DNA of 64,000 nucleotides from an uncultured Candidatus Rokubacteria bacterium (lineage in GTDB: Bacteria; Methylomirabilota; Methylomirabilia; Rokubacteriales; DASRDR01). Within the stretch, counting starts at the first letter, position 1. Every line of letters begins with the position of its first letter. The position numbers and the translations under genes are program-made. This document shows positions 21,682 to 31,350 of this stretch, piece after piece. Location: NCBI GenBank assembly GCA_963708025.1, contig CAVPSB010000012.1, positions 352,001 through 416,000 on the forward strand, read 5' to 3'. The notes below the pieces were generated by a model. It was not told where the DNA came from. It saw only the letters and a list, made by a program, of their open reading frames with translations, and did not search any database.

Positions 21682-21915
21682 CTAGAACCACCAGTAGATG
21701 CCGCCGATCTTCTTGCAGAGCCAGCTCTCGTAGGCGGGCTGTTGAGGTCTGGCACGGCCACCGGCGTCAGGCCCCACGGCAGGGCACACCGCGGCCACCA
21801 ACCAGAGCCACAGGACGCACACGAAGAGGAGGCCGAGGGTCCAGCGCCTCCAGCGGGATACTCGCTGGCGGGAGAATCGCCGGCCGCGCCACATCTTGGG
21901 GTCGCGATGGCTCAC
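21682..21915 (-). CDS. Small hypothetical membrane protein
   Basis: GGGAG RBS, basic N-terminus then one hydrophobic helix; atypical codon usage. Confidence 0.4.
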   Translation of the reverse strand: MSHRDPKMWRGRRFSRQRVSRWRRWTLGLLFVCVLWLWLVAAVCPAVGPDAGGRARPQQPAYESWLCKKIGGIYWWF

Positions 21916-22158
21916 ACCGGGACTCCCTCGTGGAGGGTCAAACAGCGCGTCCAGTGTATCCGACGGTGCATGGATTCGTGATGAGTTCCGTACCGGGGGT
22001 CTTTCGGGAGCGCGGCTCGGAGATGCGCCCGTGACGCGCGAAGGGAAGGTCGGCGCCAGAGTGGGTCTGTAGCCGCCGGCAGGCCGGGATACAGACGGGT
22101 GTCCGTACCTTATTGCGAAATCAGGATGGTTCCCACGGCCCGGGCCTTTCCTGCGGCG

Positions 22159-23004
22159 CTAGCCCTTGACGGAACCGGCGGTGAGACCCGCGACGTAGTA
22201 CTTCACGAAGAACGAGTAGATGATGGCGACGGGGATGGAGCCCAGCAGGGCCCCGGCCATCAGCTGGCCCCAGTAGAAGGCGTCCCCGCGGATCAGCTCG
22301 CCCACGACTCCTATCGGCACGGTGCGCACACTCGAGCGGCTGAGAAAGAGCAGCGCGTAGAGGAACTCGTTCTGCGCCAGCGTAAAGGCGAAGATGCCAG
22401 CGGAAAGAAAGCCGGGCATGCAGAGGGGAAGAATCACCCGGGTCATGGCGCCGAAGCGGCCGGCGCCGTCGATCAGCGCCTGCTCCTCCAATTCCTTCGG
22501 CACCGTCTTGAAGTAGCCCATCAGCAGCCAGGCGATGAAGGGCACGAGCAGGGTGGGATAGGTCAACATCACGGCGCTGAGCGTATTACCCAGCTTCAGC
22601 CGACCGATGAGATCGGCCATCGGAACGAACAGCAGCGTCTGCGGAACCAGGTAGGTCACGGCAACGGTGACGGCCAGCAGCGCAGCGCCTCGAAACCGCA
22701 GCCGCGCCAGCGGGTAGGCCAGCATGCTCCCGAGCAGGAGGGAGATGGCGGTAGCGACCACGGCCACCAGCATCGTGTTGGCTATCCAGGTCAGGAAGTT
22801 GGTCTCCCGGAGCAGGTCGATGTAATGGACCAGGGACGGGTGCCGGATGGCCAGCGGCATGGCCTTGGGGTCGTACAGCTCGGCATTGGTCTTGAGCGAG
22901 GTGGCCGCCATCCATGTAAACGGAAACAGCGCCACCACGAAGAACACCGACAGCGGCAGCCACAGTCCCAAGAGGCGCCGCTGCCATGTCAATTCACCGA
23001 CCAT
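22159..23004 (-). CDS. Carbohydrate ABC transporter permease (MalG-like)
   Basis: YFKTVPKELEEQALIDGA EAA motif, WGQLMAGALL, GLTAGSVKG. Confidence 0.93.
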   Translation of the reverse strand: MVGELTWQRRLLGLWLPLSVFFVVALFPFTWMAATSLKTNAELYDPKAMPLAIRHPSLVHYIDLLRETNFLTWIANTMLVAVVATAISLLLGSMLAYPLARLRFRGAALLAVTVAVTYLVPQTLLFVPMADLIGRLKLGNTLSAVMLTYPTLLVPFIAWLLMGYFKTVPKELEEQALIDGAGRFGAMTRVILPLCMPGFLSAGIFAFTLAQNEFLYALLFLSRSSVRTVPIGVVGELIRGDAFYWGQLMAGALLGSIPVAIIYSFFVKYYVAGLTAGSVKG

Positions 23005-23005
23005 A

Positions 23006-23953
23006 TCAGTCCTTGCGCACGTAGAGGGTCAGCAGTACCAGCACCAGACCCAGCACCGGCACCATGCTGAGCGCCACTGCGGAACCGAGTCCCAGCTGAC
23101 CCGCACCCATGCTCAGGCTGTACGCGTAGGTCGCCATCAGGTGCGTGGAATTGGCGGGGCCGCCGCCGGTGAGCACATAGACGAGCTGAAAGTCGAAGAA
23201 GGTGAAAATGATCGAGAACGTGGTCACGATGAAGATCACGGGCAGCAGCAGGGGCAGCGTGACGTGACGGAAGCGGTCCCAGGTCCCCGCGCCATCGATG
23301 GTCGCCGACTCGTGCAGCTCGGTGGGAACGGTCTGCAAGCCCGCGAGGATCGAAATGCCGAAGAACGGCAGGCCGCGCCAGGTATTGACCATGATGATGG
23401 AAATCATGGCCATGGTCGGAGTGCCGAGCCAGGACGGCCCCGTCTTCGCCAGTCCGCTCACCACGAGCAAGCGGTTGAACAGGCCCATGCCGGGGTCCAG
23501 GATCCACTGCCACGCCACGGTACTGAGCACCGTGGGCACGATGAAGGGGAGCAGGAGCATGGCCCTGGCGAGGGCCTTCATCCGGAAGTTCTGGTTCATC
23601 ACCAGGGCCATGCCGAGCCCGCCGGCTGCCTTCAGCAGGGTCGCGACCGCCGTGAACTTGATCGTGTTTCCAACCGACTGCCAGAAGATCGGGTCATTCG
23701 CGAGGGTGACGAAATTGCCCAGGCCCACGAAGGAGGCGGCGCCGGCCACCTCCCTGCGGAAGAAGCTCAGGTACACGCCGTAGAAGAACGGGTAGCCCAG
23801 GAATGCCAGCAGGAACAGCAAGGGGGGCGTGAGCATGAGCCAGCTGAAAACGGACTCCCGCTGTACCAACGCTGCGAGCCGGCCCAACCGGAACGGCCGG
23901 TGGGCCGGCGCGGCCAGCGCGGTCGCCCGAGATGCCTCGACGACTCGGCTCAT
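23006..23953 (-). CDS. Carbohydrate ABC transporter permease (MalF-like)
   Basis: FVGLGNF, LAGLQTVPTELHESATIDGA, LTGGGPANST. Confidence 0.93.
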   Translation of the reverse strand: MSRVVEASRATALAAPAHRPFRLGRLAALVQRESVFSWLMLTPPLLFLLAFLGYPFFYGVYLSFFRREVAGAASFVGLGNFVTLANDPIFWQSVGNTIKFTAVATLLKAAGGLGMALVMNQNFRMKALARAMLLLPFIVPTVLSTVAWQWILDPGMGLFNRLLVVSGLAKTGPSWLGTPTMAMISIIMVNTWRGLPFFGISILAGLQTVPTELHESATIDGAGTWDRFRHVTLPLLLPVIFIVTTFSIIFTFFDFQLVYVLTGGGPANSTHLMATYAYSLSMGAGQLGLGSAVALSMVPVLGLVLVLLTLYVRKD

Positions 23954-23955
23954 CC

Positions 23956-25251
23956 CTACCCGTAGATCTGCTTGAGCTGCGCGACGGCCTCCGCCATGAC
24001 GGTCTTGGTCGCCCCGCCCGTGCAGGCCTTGGAGAACATGTCGATCACCACCCAGCGATTGACCACGGCCCCGTGGGCGCGGTTGGCAGGCGCCGGCCAC
24101 GACGTGAGCTTCCCGGTTTCGAGGACTTTCTGGAACGGCTTGACGCGCGGCTCGATATCCCATTCGGGCACCTTGTCGAAGCCGTGCAGGAACGGAGCGA
24201 AATACATGTCGCCGGAAGCGATCCATGGGCGGTACTGCTTCGGGTCCATGGTCCAGCGCAGGAAATCCTTGGCGGCCGCCGGGTCAGGGCCATAGGCGAA
24301 GACACCGTGCGTCACGGGCACGAGCGCATGGTAGCGCTGGCCATTGGGTCCCTTGGGATTGAGGCCGTGTTCGATCACCTTCCCCATCTCCGGCAGGTCG
24401 CGCTTGGCCGAAACCATGATGCTGTAGGCATTGTTGGTGCATGAGATCTGGCTGGTCAGGAAGGCCTTGTTGTTGGCCGGATCCAGCCACCCCACGCAGT
24501 CTTCGATGCAGGCTTCCTTGTACAGCTTGCGCACGAAATCCACGGCGCGCGCGGTTTCGTTGGTGTCCAAAGCGACCTTCTTGCCATCCTTGTCCATGAC
24601 CGTCGCCCCGTACGACCACAGCAGGGGGTAGAGCCAGGAGTAGTTGTCCGCGAAGCCGTGACCCATGGACATCCCGTACGGATGGCCCTTGGCCTTGAGC
24701 TTGATACCGGCTTCCAGGAACTCGTCCCAGGTCTCGGGGAATTTCTTGACCCCGGCCTCGTCGAACCAATCCTTTCGGTAGACCATCAGCTGGCCGATGT
24801 TCCCGTGGGGCACGGACTTCCATTTCCCGTTGTCGACAGACAACCGCTTGATCTCGTCATACCAGCCGCCTTGCTCCTTGCCCACCGCCTCGGCGATGTC
24901 GGACACGTCCACCAGGGCGTCGCGGTAGAGCCACTCCTGCTGAACCCAGGCCAGATCGGCGCCGGATTTGTTCTCGACCATCGAGATCAGCTGGGGTACC
25001 GCGCCGCCACCGGCGGCCTGGATCTGGTATTCGATCTTGATGCCCGTGGCCTTTTCGTAGGCCGGCCCCACTACTTTCAGGAAGTGCTCGTCGAAGTTCT
25101 TCACGTAGGCGCTTTCACGCGCGAACGTAATGGTGACCGGCTTGGCCTGGACATTGCGGGCGATCCAGGGAGCCCCGGCAACACCTGCGGCCCCGGCGGC
25201 AAGCTTCAGAAAATCACGACGGGTGGCCTTCGGCTGTGCGGGCTGTGCCAT
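23956..25251 (-). CDS. ABC substrate-binding protein (family 1, Tat signal)
   Basis: TRRDFLK Tat motif, YRKDWF, FPETWDEF. Confidence 0.92.
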   Translation of the reverse strand: MAQPAQPKATRRDFLKLAAGAAGVAGAPWIARNVQAKPVTITFARESAYVKNFDEHFLKVVGPAYEKATGIKIEYQIQAAGGGAVPQLISMVENKSGADLAWVQQEWLYRDALVDVSDIAEAVGKEQGGWYDEIKRLSVDNGKWKSVPHGNIGQLMVYRKDWFDEAGVKKFPETWDEFLEAGIKLKAKGHPYGMSMGHGFADNYSWLYPLLWSYGATVMDKDGKKVALDTNETARAVDFVRKLYKEACIEDCVGWLDPANNKAFLTSQISCTNNAYSIMVSAKRDLPEMGKVIEHGLNPKGPNGQRYHALVPVTHGVFAYGPDPAAAKDFLRWTMDPKQYRPWIASGDMYFAPFLHGFDKVPEWDIEPRVKPFQKVLETGKLTSWPAPANRAHGAVVNRWVVIDMFSKACTGGATKTVMAEAVAQLKQIYG

Positions 25252-25551
25252 GTCTTTTCCCCTTGTGTGTGACGTGGATGGCGCTGAGGAAACATTGACG
25301 TCAGTTCGTATCACGCGGCCCTGTCCAGCGGGCATCCAGGACCCCCTGAAAGACCTCAGCCTCGTCGAGCCGCCGGCCCTGGAACCGAAACCGCCCGGCT
25401 CGGATCCGGCTCCTGCGGCGATGATCCTGCTCCAGGGGGGGGCTCGTCAAGGGCCGCGTGAGCGGCGCAGACGGCTGCCCTGGCGGCAGTCGCCGGCGAC
25501 CCCGCCGCCGGCCGCCGGCGAGGGCGCAGATCACTCCGGGCTCATCCAGGG

Positions 25552-25584
25552 CTGGCCTTTTCCTCCTCCTTGGCTTAGATTGGC
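25552..25584 (+). promoter_or_regulatory. Duplicated promoter-like module, copy 1 (TGGCCT-17nt-TAGATT)
   Basis: 28/33 identical to 27137-27169. Confidence 0.55.
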
Positions 25585-25695
25585 CCACCAAGGCGCATCG
25601 GATGGCCCGATCGGCGTGGGGCTGTTTGCCGGGCGGGAGGCGTCAGGGGAGGCCGGATACGCCAGCCGCTCCACGTCTTGCGTCAGGAGGACGAC

Positions 25696-26043
25696 GTGAC
25701 TTCGACGGCCGGCGGCAGCTACCGCGTGGCGTACCACGTCGGGGACGTGCTGAGCCTACGAACGAAGGTCCTGCAGGGGCGGGCATCCCTGGCCCGGGAC
25801 GCCTTGACGATCACCGGCTCCTCCCCGGTCGAGATCCCCATTCGTGAGCTTCGAGCGGCCGAGCTGTTCCGGCTGCACGGCCTCGGTCGCTGTATCCGGA
25901 TCTCTCACGAGAAGGGCACCGTCTACGTATCCGTCGTACGCTGTGCGGTGTTCGGCTACTTTGCGGTCATCAACTTTCGCCGAACCGGCGAACTTGCGCG
26001 CCGTCTTCGCGAGGCTATCGGGGGTCGCCTCGATGCGACGTAG
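25696..26043 (+). CDS. Hypothetical protein
   Basis: AGGAGG RBS 5 nt before GTG; 115-aa ORF. Confidence 0.6.
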   Translation: MTSTAGGSYRVAYHVGDVLSLRTKVLQGRASLARDALTITGSSPVEIPIRELRAAELFRLHGLGRCIRISHEKGTVYVSVVRCAVFGYFAVINFRRTGELARRLREAIGGRLDAT

Positions 26044-26073
26044 CAGGCTCGGATCGGTGGGGGATCAGCGACC

Positions 26074-27102
26074 ATGACGCGAGTAACCGGAAGCAGGGCC
26101 CTGGGGCCCGTGCCGCTCATGCTGGCCGAGGACATCCGGGACAGCCGGGCCTGGAGGCGAGAGAACCTCTCGCCCGGGCACTGGCTGGTGTCGCTGCCAT
26201 CACGTTGCGTCGAAGAGCTGGACGCCGCCGCCCGCCAGCTGCGCCGGGAGCCGCTGCCGACGCTCCTGCTCGATCCTGGCCAGTACGCGCTCGCCGCCTG
26301 CGCCGAGGTGATGGACCGGGTGCGCGAGAAGCTCCGCGGGGGCGTCGGCCTCGCGGTGCTGGACCGCGTGCCGGTGGAGCGGTACACGGTCCTGGAGAAC
26401 CAGGCGCTGGCGTGGCTGCTCGGCAGCCTGCTCGGCCGGCCGGTCGCCCAGAAGTGGGACGGCACGATGCTCTACGACGTGCGTGACACCGGCAAGGCGC
26501 TCGAGTACGGCGTGCGGCGCTCGGTCACGAATCTCGACCTCACCTTCCACACGGACGCGCCGTGGCTGGAGCTTCCGCCGGAGCTGGTGGGGCTCTACTG
26601 CATCAACCCGGCGCGCGAGGGGGGCGTGAGCCGGTTCGTCAGCCTCTGCACCGTTCACAACGAGCTCAGGCGTCGCCATGCCGGCCTCGTCCCCCGCCTC
26701 TACCGCCCCTTCCCGTGGGACCGCCAGGCCGAGCATGCGCCCGACGACGTCAAGGTCGCGCGGCGTCCGATCTTTCGGTACGACGGCCGGTCTCTGGTCG
26801 GGCGCTTCAACGAGAGGCTGATCAGCTCCGGCGCCGACCTGGCCGGTGAGGCGCTCGACGGCGAGGGACGCGAGGCGCTGGAGACCATGCAGAGGATCGT
26901 GGACCTCCCGGAACTCTGGGTCGAGTTCACCATCGAGCGCGGCCAGCTCCAGTACATCGACAACCGGCAGTTTGCCCACAGCCGCACGGACTTCACGGAC
27001 GCCCCCGAACCGCATCTCAAGCGGCACATGATCCGTCTCTGGACCCGCGAGGAGGGCCGCCGGACCTTCCACGCGGTCGCCAAGAAATCGCCGCAGTCGT
27101 AG
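26074..27102 (+). CDS. TauD/TfdA-family Fe(II)/2-oxoglutarate dioxygenase
   Basis: FHTD (HxD), DN...HSR, RHMIRLW. Confidence 0.9.
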   Translation: MTRVTGSRALGPVPLMLAEDIRDSRAWRRENLSPGHWLVSLPSRCVEELDAAARQLRREPLPTLLLDPGQYALAACAEVMDRVREKLRGGVGLAVLDRVPVERYTVLENQALAWLLGSLLGRPVAQKWDGTMLYDVRDTGKALEYGVRRSVTNLDLTFHTDAPWLELPPELVGLYCINPAREGGVSRFVSLCTVHNELRRRHAGLVPRLYRPFPWDRQAEHAPDDVKVARRPIFRYDGRSLVGRFNERLISSGADLAGEALDGEGREALETMQRIVDLPELWVEFTIERGQLQYIDNRQFAHSRTDFTDAPEPHLKRHMIRLWTREEGRRTFHAVAKKSPQS

Positions 27103-27136
27103 CGCCAGATCGATTCTCCCAAGCGGTTCCGAGGCT

Positions 27137-27169
27137 CTGGCCTTCTTCCCCTCCTTGGAATAGATTGGC
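27137..27169 (+). promoter_or_regulatory. Duplicated promoter-like module, copy 2
   Basis: 28/33 identical to 25552-25584. Confidence 0.55.
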
Positions 27170-27293
27170 TCTCGTTGGGCTGTCCGGCAAGGAGGTGGGA
27201 CACCTCTGAGCACGGGTTGACTGAAACCGGCGCGGTGAGTCGACGGGACGGCTCAGGCCCGTTTGTTCGAGGAAGAAAGGGCCGAGGGCGCTA

Positions 27294-28085
27294 GTGCGAA
27301 ACGTCAGGGAGTTGGCGAGGCCACTGGCCTCACCAGGCGTGCACGTCATCAAGCGCGACGCGCCGTCTCTCTCCCATTTCGGGGGCTTGCCGAACCTTTC
27401 CGCTGGAGCTCGTTGGCCCGAGCGAAACGGAGTGCCATTGGGCTTTCTCGCACGTCTTTCGCTCACGGAGCTTCAGCGCGCGTCGCCGATCGAATGGCTT
27501 CCGCCTTCGGGTGCGCTGCTCTTCTTCTACGATCTGGAGCAGCAACCCTGGGGCTTTGATCCGGTGGACCGTGGCAGCTGGGTTGTCTACCACGTGCCCG
27601 ACCTCGTATCTCCCGTCGAGGTCAAACCGACCACCGCGATGGACGACTCCGCGGTACCACATCGGTACGTCGGGTTTCGGCGCGTTCCCACGCTGCCTTT
27701 CTTGGAACGTGACGCCGTCCGAGCCCTGGCTCTCACTGACGAGGAATCCGACGAGTACGTCAAGGCTCGTGATGAGCCTTTTCACGGCATGCCGCAACAT
27801 CAGGTCGGCGGGTTCCCAGCGCCGGTTCAGGGCGACGACATGGAGCTCGATTGCCAGCTCGTCAGCAACGGCCTGTACTGCGGCGACAGTAGCGGTTACG
27901 ACGATCCCAGGGCGTCCGCGTTGGCACCCGGCGCAGCCGAGTGGCGGCTTCTCTTCCAGTTCGACTCCGACGACGATCTGAGCATCATGTGGGGTGACGG
28001 CGGGATGATCTACTTCTGGGTGCGCGAGCGGGATGCAAGGGCAGGCGACTTTTCGGATACCTGGCTGGTCCTCCAGTGTGCCTGA
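27294..28085 (+). CDS. YwqG/DUF1963-family protein
   Basis: SHFGGLP, WLPPSGALLFFYD, HQVGGFP..VQ, WRLLFQFDSD, MWGDGGMIYFW, LQC; lower GC than flanks. Confidence 0.85.
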   Translation: MRNVRELARPLASPGVHVIKRDAPSLSHFGGLPNLSAGARWPERNGVPLGFLARLSLTELQRASPIEWLPPSGALLFFYDLEQQPWGFDPVDRGSWVVYHVPDLVSPVEVKPTTAMDDSAVPHRYVGFRRVPTLPFLERDAVRALALTDEESDEYVKARDEPFHGMPQHQVGGFPAPVQGDDMELDCQLVSNGLYCGDSSGYDDPRASALAPGAAEWRLLFQFDSDDDLSIMWGDGGMIYFWVRERDARAGDFSDTWLVLQCA

Positions 28086-28130
28086 GGACGGTTGACCTTG
28101 GTCGGCGCGGGAGGTCGCCTGTAAGGCGGG

Positions 28131-28643
28131 TCACCTCCGGGCTCGGCGGCGGGCCGATGAGCCCCCCACGCGCCGGATCGCGAAGCGCTCGCGGGCCATG
28201 CCTTCGCGAAAGAGCTCGGCGCAGGCCCGGGCGTAGGCCTCCAGGCCCTCGGTGATGGTGGCGAAGAGGTTGCCGGGCATGAAGCCGGCGGGACCGAGCA
28301 GGAGGTTGTTCCGCCCGTAGAAGACGGCGAGGTCGACGAGGCCCCGGGGATGCCGCCGGCGGAGGGCGACCGGCAGGTCGATCGTGTCGGGCGAGACCTC
28401 GAAGTAGCAGACGTCGCCGGGGATCGGGGTGATGGTGGCGTTCTCTTCGCGGACGGGCCGGCGGCCGAGCGGGGGCACCAGCGTGTAGAGCTCGCGGCCG
28501 GCCCACTTCGCGTGGTAGGTGTCGCCTTCGAGGGGGAGCGCGTCCCACACCGCGCGGCATGTGCGGGGCGCCTCGGCCTCCAGCAGCGTGGCGACCGCCC
28601 GCACCTTCTTCCGCACCAGCCAGAGCTCGATCCGTCGCGCCAT
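28131..28643 (-). CDS. DUF3830-family (cyclophilin-like fold) protein
   Basis: APRTCRAVWDALP, HAKWAGRE, ENATITPIPGD, LAVFYGRN, GNLFATI; GGAG RBS. Confidence 0.8.
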   Translation of the reverse strand: MARRIELWLVRKKVRAVATLLEAEAPRTCRAVWDALPLEGDTYHAKWAGRELYTLVPPLGRRPVREENATITPIPGDVCYFEVSPDTIDLPVALRRRHPRGLVDLAVFYGRNNLLLGPAGFMPGNLFATITEGLEAYARACAELFREGMARERFAIRRVGGSSARRRARR

Positions 28644-28679
28644 GCTCGTCTCCGTCGTGTGGATCGGACCGGTCCGTTC

Positions 28680-28708
28680 TTGACGCTCGCGGCAGCGGCC
28701 GCCATACT
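28680..28708 (+). promoter_or_regulatory. sigma70-type promoter of the MFS gene, probably leaderless
   Basis: TTGACG-17nt-CATACT, ATG 8 nt downstream, no SD. Confidence 0.7.
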
Positions 28709-28716
28709 CGGGCTGG

Positions 28717-29970
28717 ATGCCCTGGCAACCCTACCACACCGTCTGGACGCTCGTCGTCCTCGGCTGGATCGCCAACTACATCGTCCGGATGGCCTTCTCG
28801 CCGCTTCTCGAGCCGGTGATGGCGGAGTTCCAGCTGAGCCACGCCGGCGCCGGCTTCCTGTTCTCGGTCTTCTTCTACGGCTACCTGGGCATGCAGATCC
28901 CGGCCGGCTTCCTGGGGGACCGGTTCGGGCGGAAGCGCGTCCTCGTGGTCGGCATCCTGATCGTCGCCGTCTCGACGCTGGCCACGGGCCTGGCGCCGAC
29001 GCTCCTCACGCTCGGCCTCGCGCGCCTGCTGGCCGGGCTGGCCCAGGGCATGTACTTCGCGAACGACCGGCCCCTCATCGCGGCGGCCACGCCGCGCGAT
29101 CGCCTGGCGCTCGGGCAGGGGATCTCGTTCTCCGGGCTGGGGATCGGCAACGCGCTCGGCGTGGTCGCGGGCGGCGCCCTCGGCGAGCTGATGCCCTGGC
29201 GGCAGGTCTTCCTGGTGCTGACGGTCCTCCCGCTGATCTCGGCGACGCTGATCGCCCGCTTCGTGCCGGATATCGGGAGCAGGGAGGGCGGGCGGGCGCG
29301 CCCGGACGCCGGGCGCGGGGAGCCGGGCCGCGCCAGCGTCTTCGGCCACCGGGACCTCTGGGTGCTGGGGCTGGCCGGCATGTGTCCGATCTGGACCCAG
29401 TTCTTCATCGCCACCTGGGGACCGGCGCTGTTCGGCGAGCTGGGCGTCCGCGAGCTGAGCCGCTCGTCGCTCTACGCGAGCCTGCTGGGCGTCGCCGCGC
29501 CGCCCGGGCTCCTGGCGCTCGGCGCCCTCTCCGACCGGCTCGCGCGCCGCGGCATCGCCCGGAAGGCGGTGCTGGCCGGCGCGATCCTCTGCATGGCGGC
29601 GTCGGTCGCCGCGATGGGCCTGACCGTCCAGCTCCGCGGGCCGGCCTGGGTCCTGGCCGTCCTGGTCTTCGTGACGAGCCTGTTCCTGTGGGGCGCCTGG
29701 GGGCCGGTCTATGCCCTGGTCGCCGAGGTGTTCCCGCAGCGCGTGATGGGGACGGCCTACGGCTTCCTGAACACGATCAGCTTCGTCTCGGCGATCCTGA
29801 CCCCCTACGTCAGCGGCTGGATCAGGGACTGGAGCGGCTCGTTCGCCGGCGGCTGCTACCTGGCGGCGCTCATCGGGCTCGCCGGCGTGCCGGTGGCGAT
29901 GGCCGTGACCCCCGCGTTCCGCCTCGCGCCGGCCCCGCCGGTGCCCTCGTCCGCCGCCGCCGCGCGCTGA
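28717..29970 (+). CDS. MFS transporter
   Basis: GFLGDRFGRKR motif A, about 12 hydrophobic helices, GALSDRL. Confidence 0.93.
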   Translation: MPWQPYHTVWTLVVLGWIANYIVRMAFSPLLEPVMAEFQLSHAGAGFLFSVFFYGYLGMQIPAGFLGDRFGRKRVLVVGILIVAVSTLATGLAPTLLTLGLARLLAGLAQGMYFANDRPLIAAATPRDRLALGQGISFSGLGIGNALGVVAGGALGELMPWRQVFLVLTVLPLISATLIARFVPDIGSREGGRARPDAGRGEPGRASVFGHRDLWVLGLAGMCPIWTQFFIATWGPALFGELGVRELSRSSLYASLLGVAAPPGLLALGALSDRLARRGIARKAVLAGAILCMAASVAAMGLTVQLRGPAWVLAVLVFVTSLFLWGAWGPVYALVAEVFPQRVMGTAYGFLNTISFVSAILTPYVSGWIRDWSGSFAGGCYLAALIGLAGVPVAMAVTPAFRLAPAPPVPSSAAAAR

Positions 29971-29992
29971 TCGGGGCCGCCGGCCCCGCCTG

Positions 29993-29998
29993 TATAAT
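29993..29998 (+). promoter_or_regulatory. -10 box TATAAT 6 nt before GTG 30005 (leaderless-type)
   Basis: TGTATAAT-gttccc-GTG, no SD. Confidence 0.65.
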
Positions 29999-30004
29999 GT
30001 TCCC

Positions 30005-31340
30005 GTGCTTGCGCGCCGGATCTCCGGTCTGCTCGTCGCCCTGCTGCTTGGCCTGGCCGTTCAGGCGCGGGCCGCGGATGTCGTCGAGGCGACGCTCGAC
30101 AACGGCCTCCGGGTGCTCCTCCTCGAGGACCACCGGAGCCCGCTGATCACCTCCCAGATCTGGTACCGGGTCGGCTCCCGGAACGAGCGGGTCGGGCTGT
30201 CGGGCCTCTCCCACTACCTCGAGCACATGATGTTCAAGGGGACGCCGAAGTACGGCCCGCGCGTCTACTCGCGGCTCCTGGAAGAGCAGGGCGGCCAGCG
30301 AGAACGCCTTCACCGGCCAGGACGCGACGGTCTACTACGTGACCATCGCCGCCGAGAAGATCGACCTCGTCCTCGACCTCGAGGCCGACCGCATGCGCCA
30401 CCTGCTCCTGGACCCGAAGGAGGTGGACTCGGAGCGGAAGGTGATCATGGAAGAGCGCCGGACGCGGACCGACGACGACCCGGTCGGCGCGCTGGCCGAG
30501 GAGCTGAACGCGATCGCCTTCAAGGCGCACCCCTACCGGATCCCGCCCATCGGATTTGTGACCGACATCCCGCAGCTCACCGCCGAGGACCTCCGGGCCT
30601 GGTACGACACCTACTACCGGCCGAACAACGCGATCCTCGTGCTGGCCGGGGACTTCGCGGCCGCGGAGATGCTGGGGAAGGTGCGGGCGCGCTTCGCCGA
30701 CGTCCCCCGCGGCCCCGATCCGCCGCCGGTCCGGGTCGTGGAGCCCGAGCAGCTCGGCGAGCGCCGGCTGTGGGTGAAGAAGGAGGCGCAGCTTCCGGTC
30801 ATCTTCATCGGCTACCACGCGCCGAACCACCGCGCGCCCGAGTCCTACGCCCTCGACCTCCTCTCCACCGTGCTCTCGGGCGGGCGGGCCTCGCGGCTGT
30901 ACCGGAAGCTCGTCTACGACGAGCGGCTGGCCCTCGACGCCGGTGGGGACTACACGCGGCTCAGCCTCGACCCGGATCTCTTCACCTTCTACGCCACCGT
31001 CCTCCCCGAGAAGACGGTCGAGGAGGTCGAGCGGGCGCTCCTGGGCGAGGTGGAGCGGCTGCGGAAGGAGCCGATCGCCGAGGAGGAGCTGCAGCGCGCC
31101 AAGAACCAGATCGAGGCGGCCTTCGTCTTCCGCCAGGACTCGACGTACGAGCGCGCCGCGACCCTCGGCCGCTACGAGCTGGTCGGGGGCTGGCGGCTCC
31201 GCGAGGACTACCTCCCGAAGGTCCGGGCGGTCACGGCGCCGGAGCTCCAGGAGGCCGCCCGGCGCTACTTCGTCGGCGAGCACCAGACCACCGCGATCCT
31301 CGTCCCCGTCGCCCCCGCTACGTCCGCGCCGGCTCGGTAG
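30005..31340 (+). CDS. M16B zinc peptidase, catalytic subunit, signal peptide; apparent frameshift near 30296
   Basis: LDNGLRV, WYRVGS, HYLEH (HxxEH), ENAFT..D.T.YY, ERKVIMEE, YYRPNNA. Confidence 0.9.
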
Positions 31341-31350
31341 GGTCCGTGCC

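Noticed and set aside
16839-28585. Duplicated DUF3830 segment as a DGR template/variable repeat pair
   Set aside because: Mismatches are not adenine-specific on either strand, the copy has deletions, and no reverse transcriptase is present
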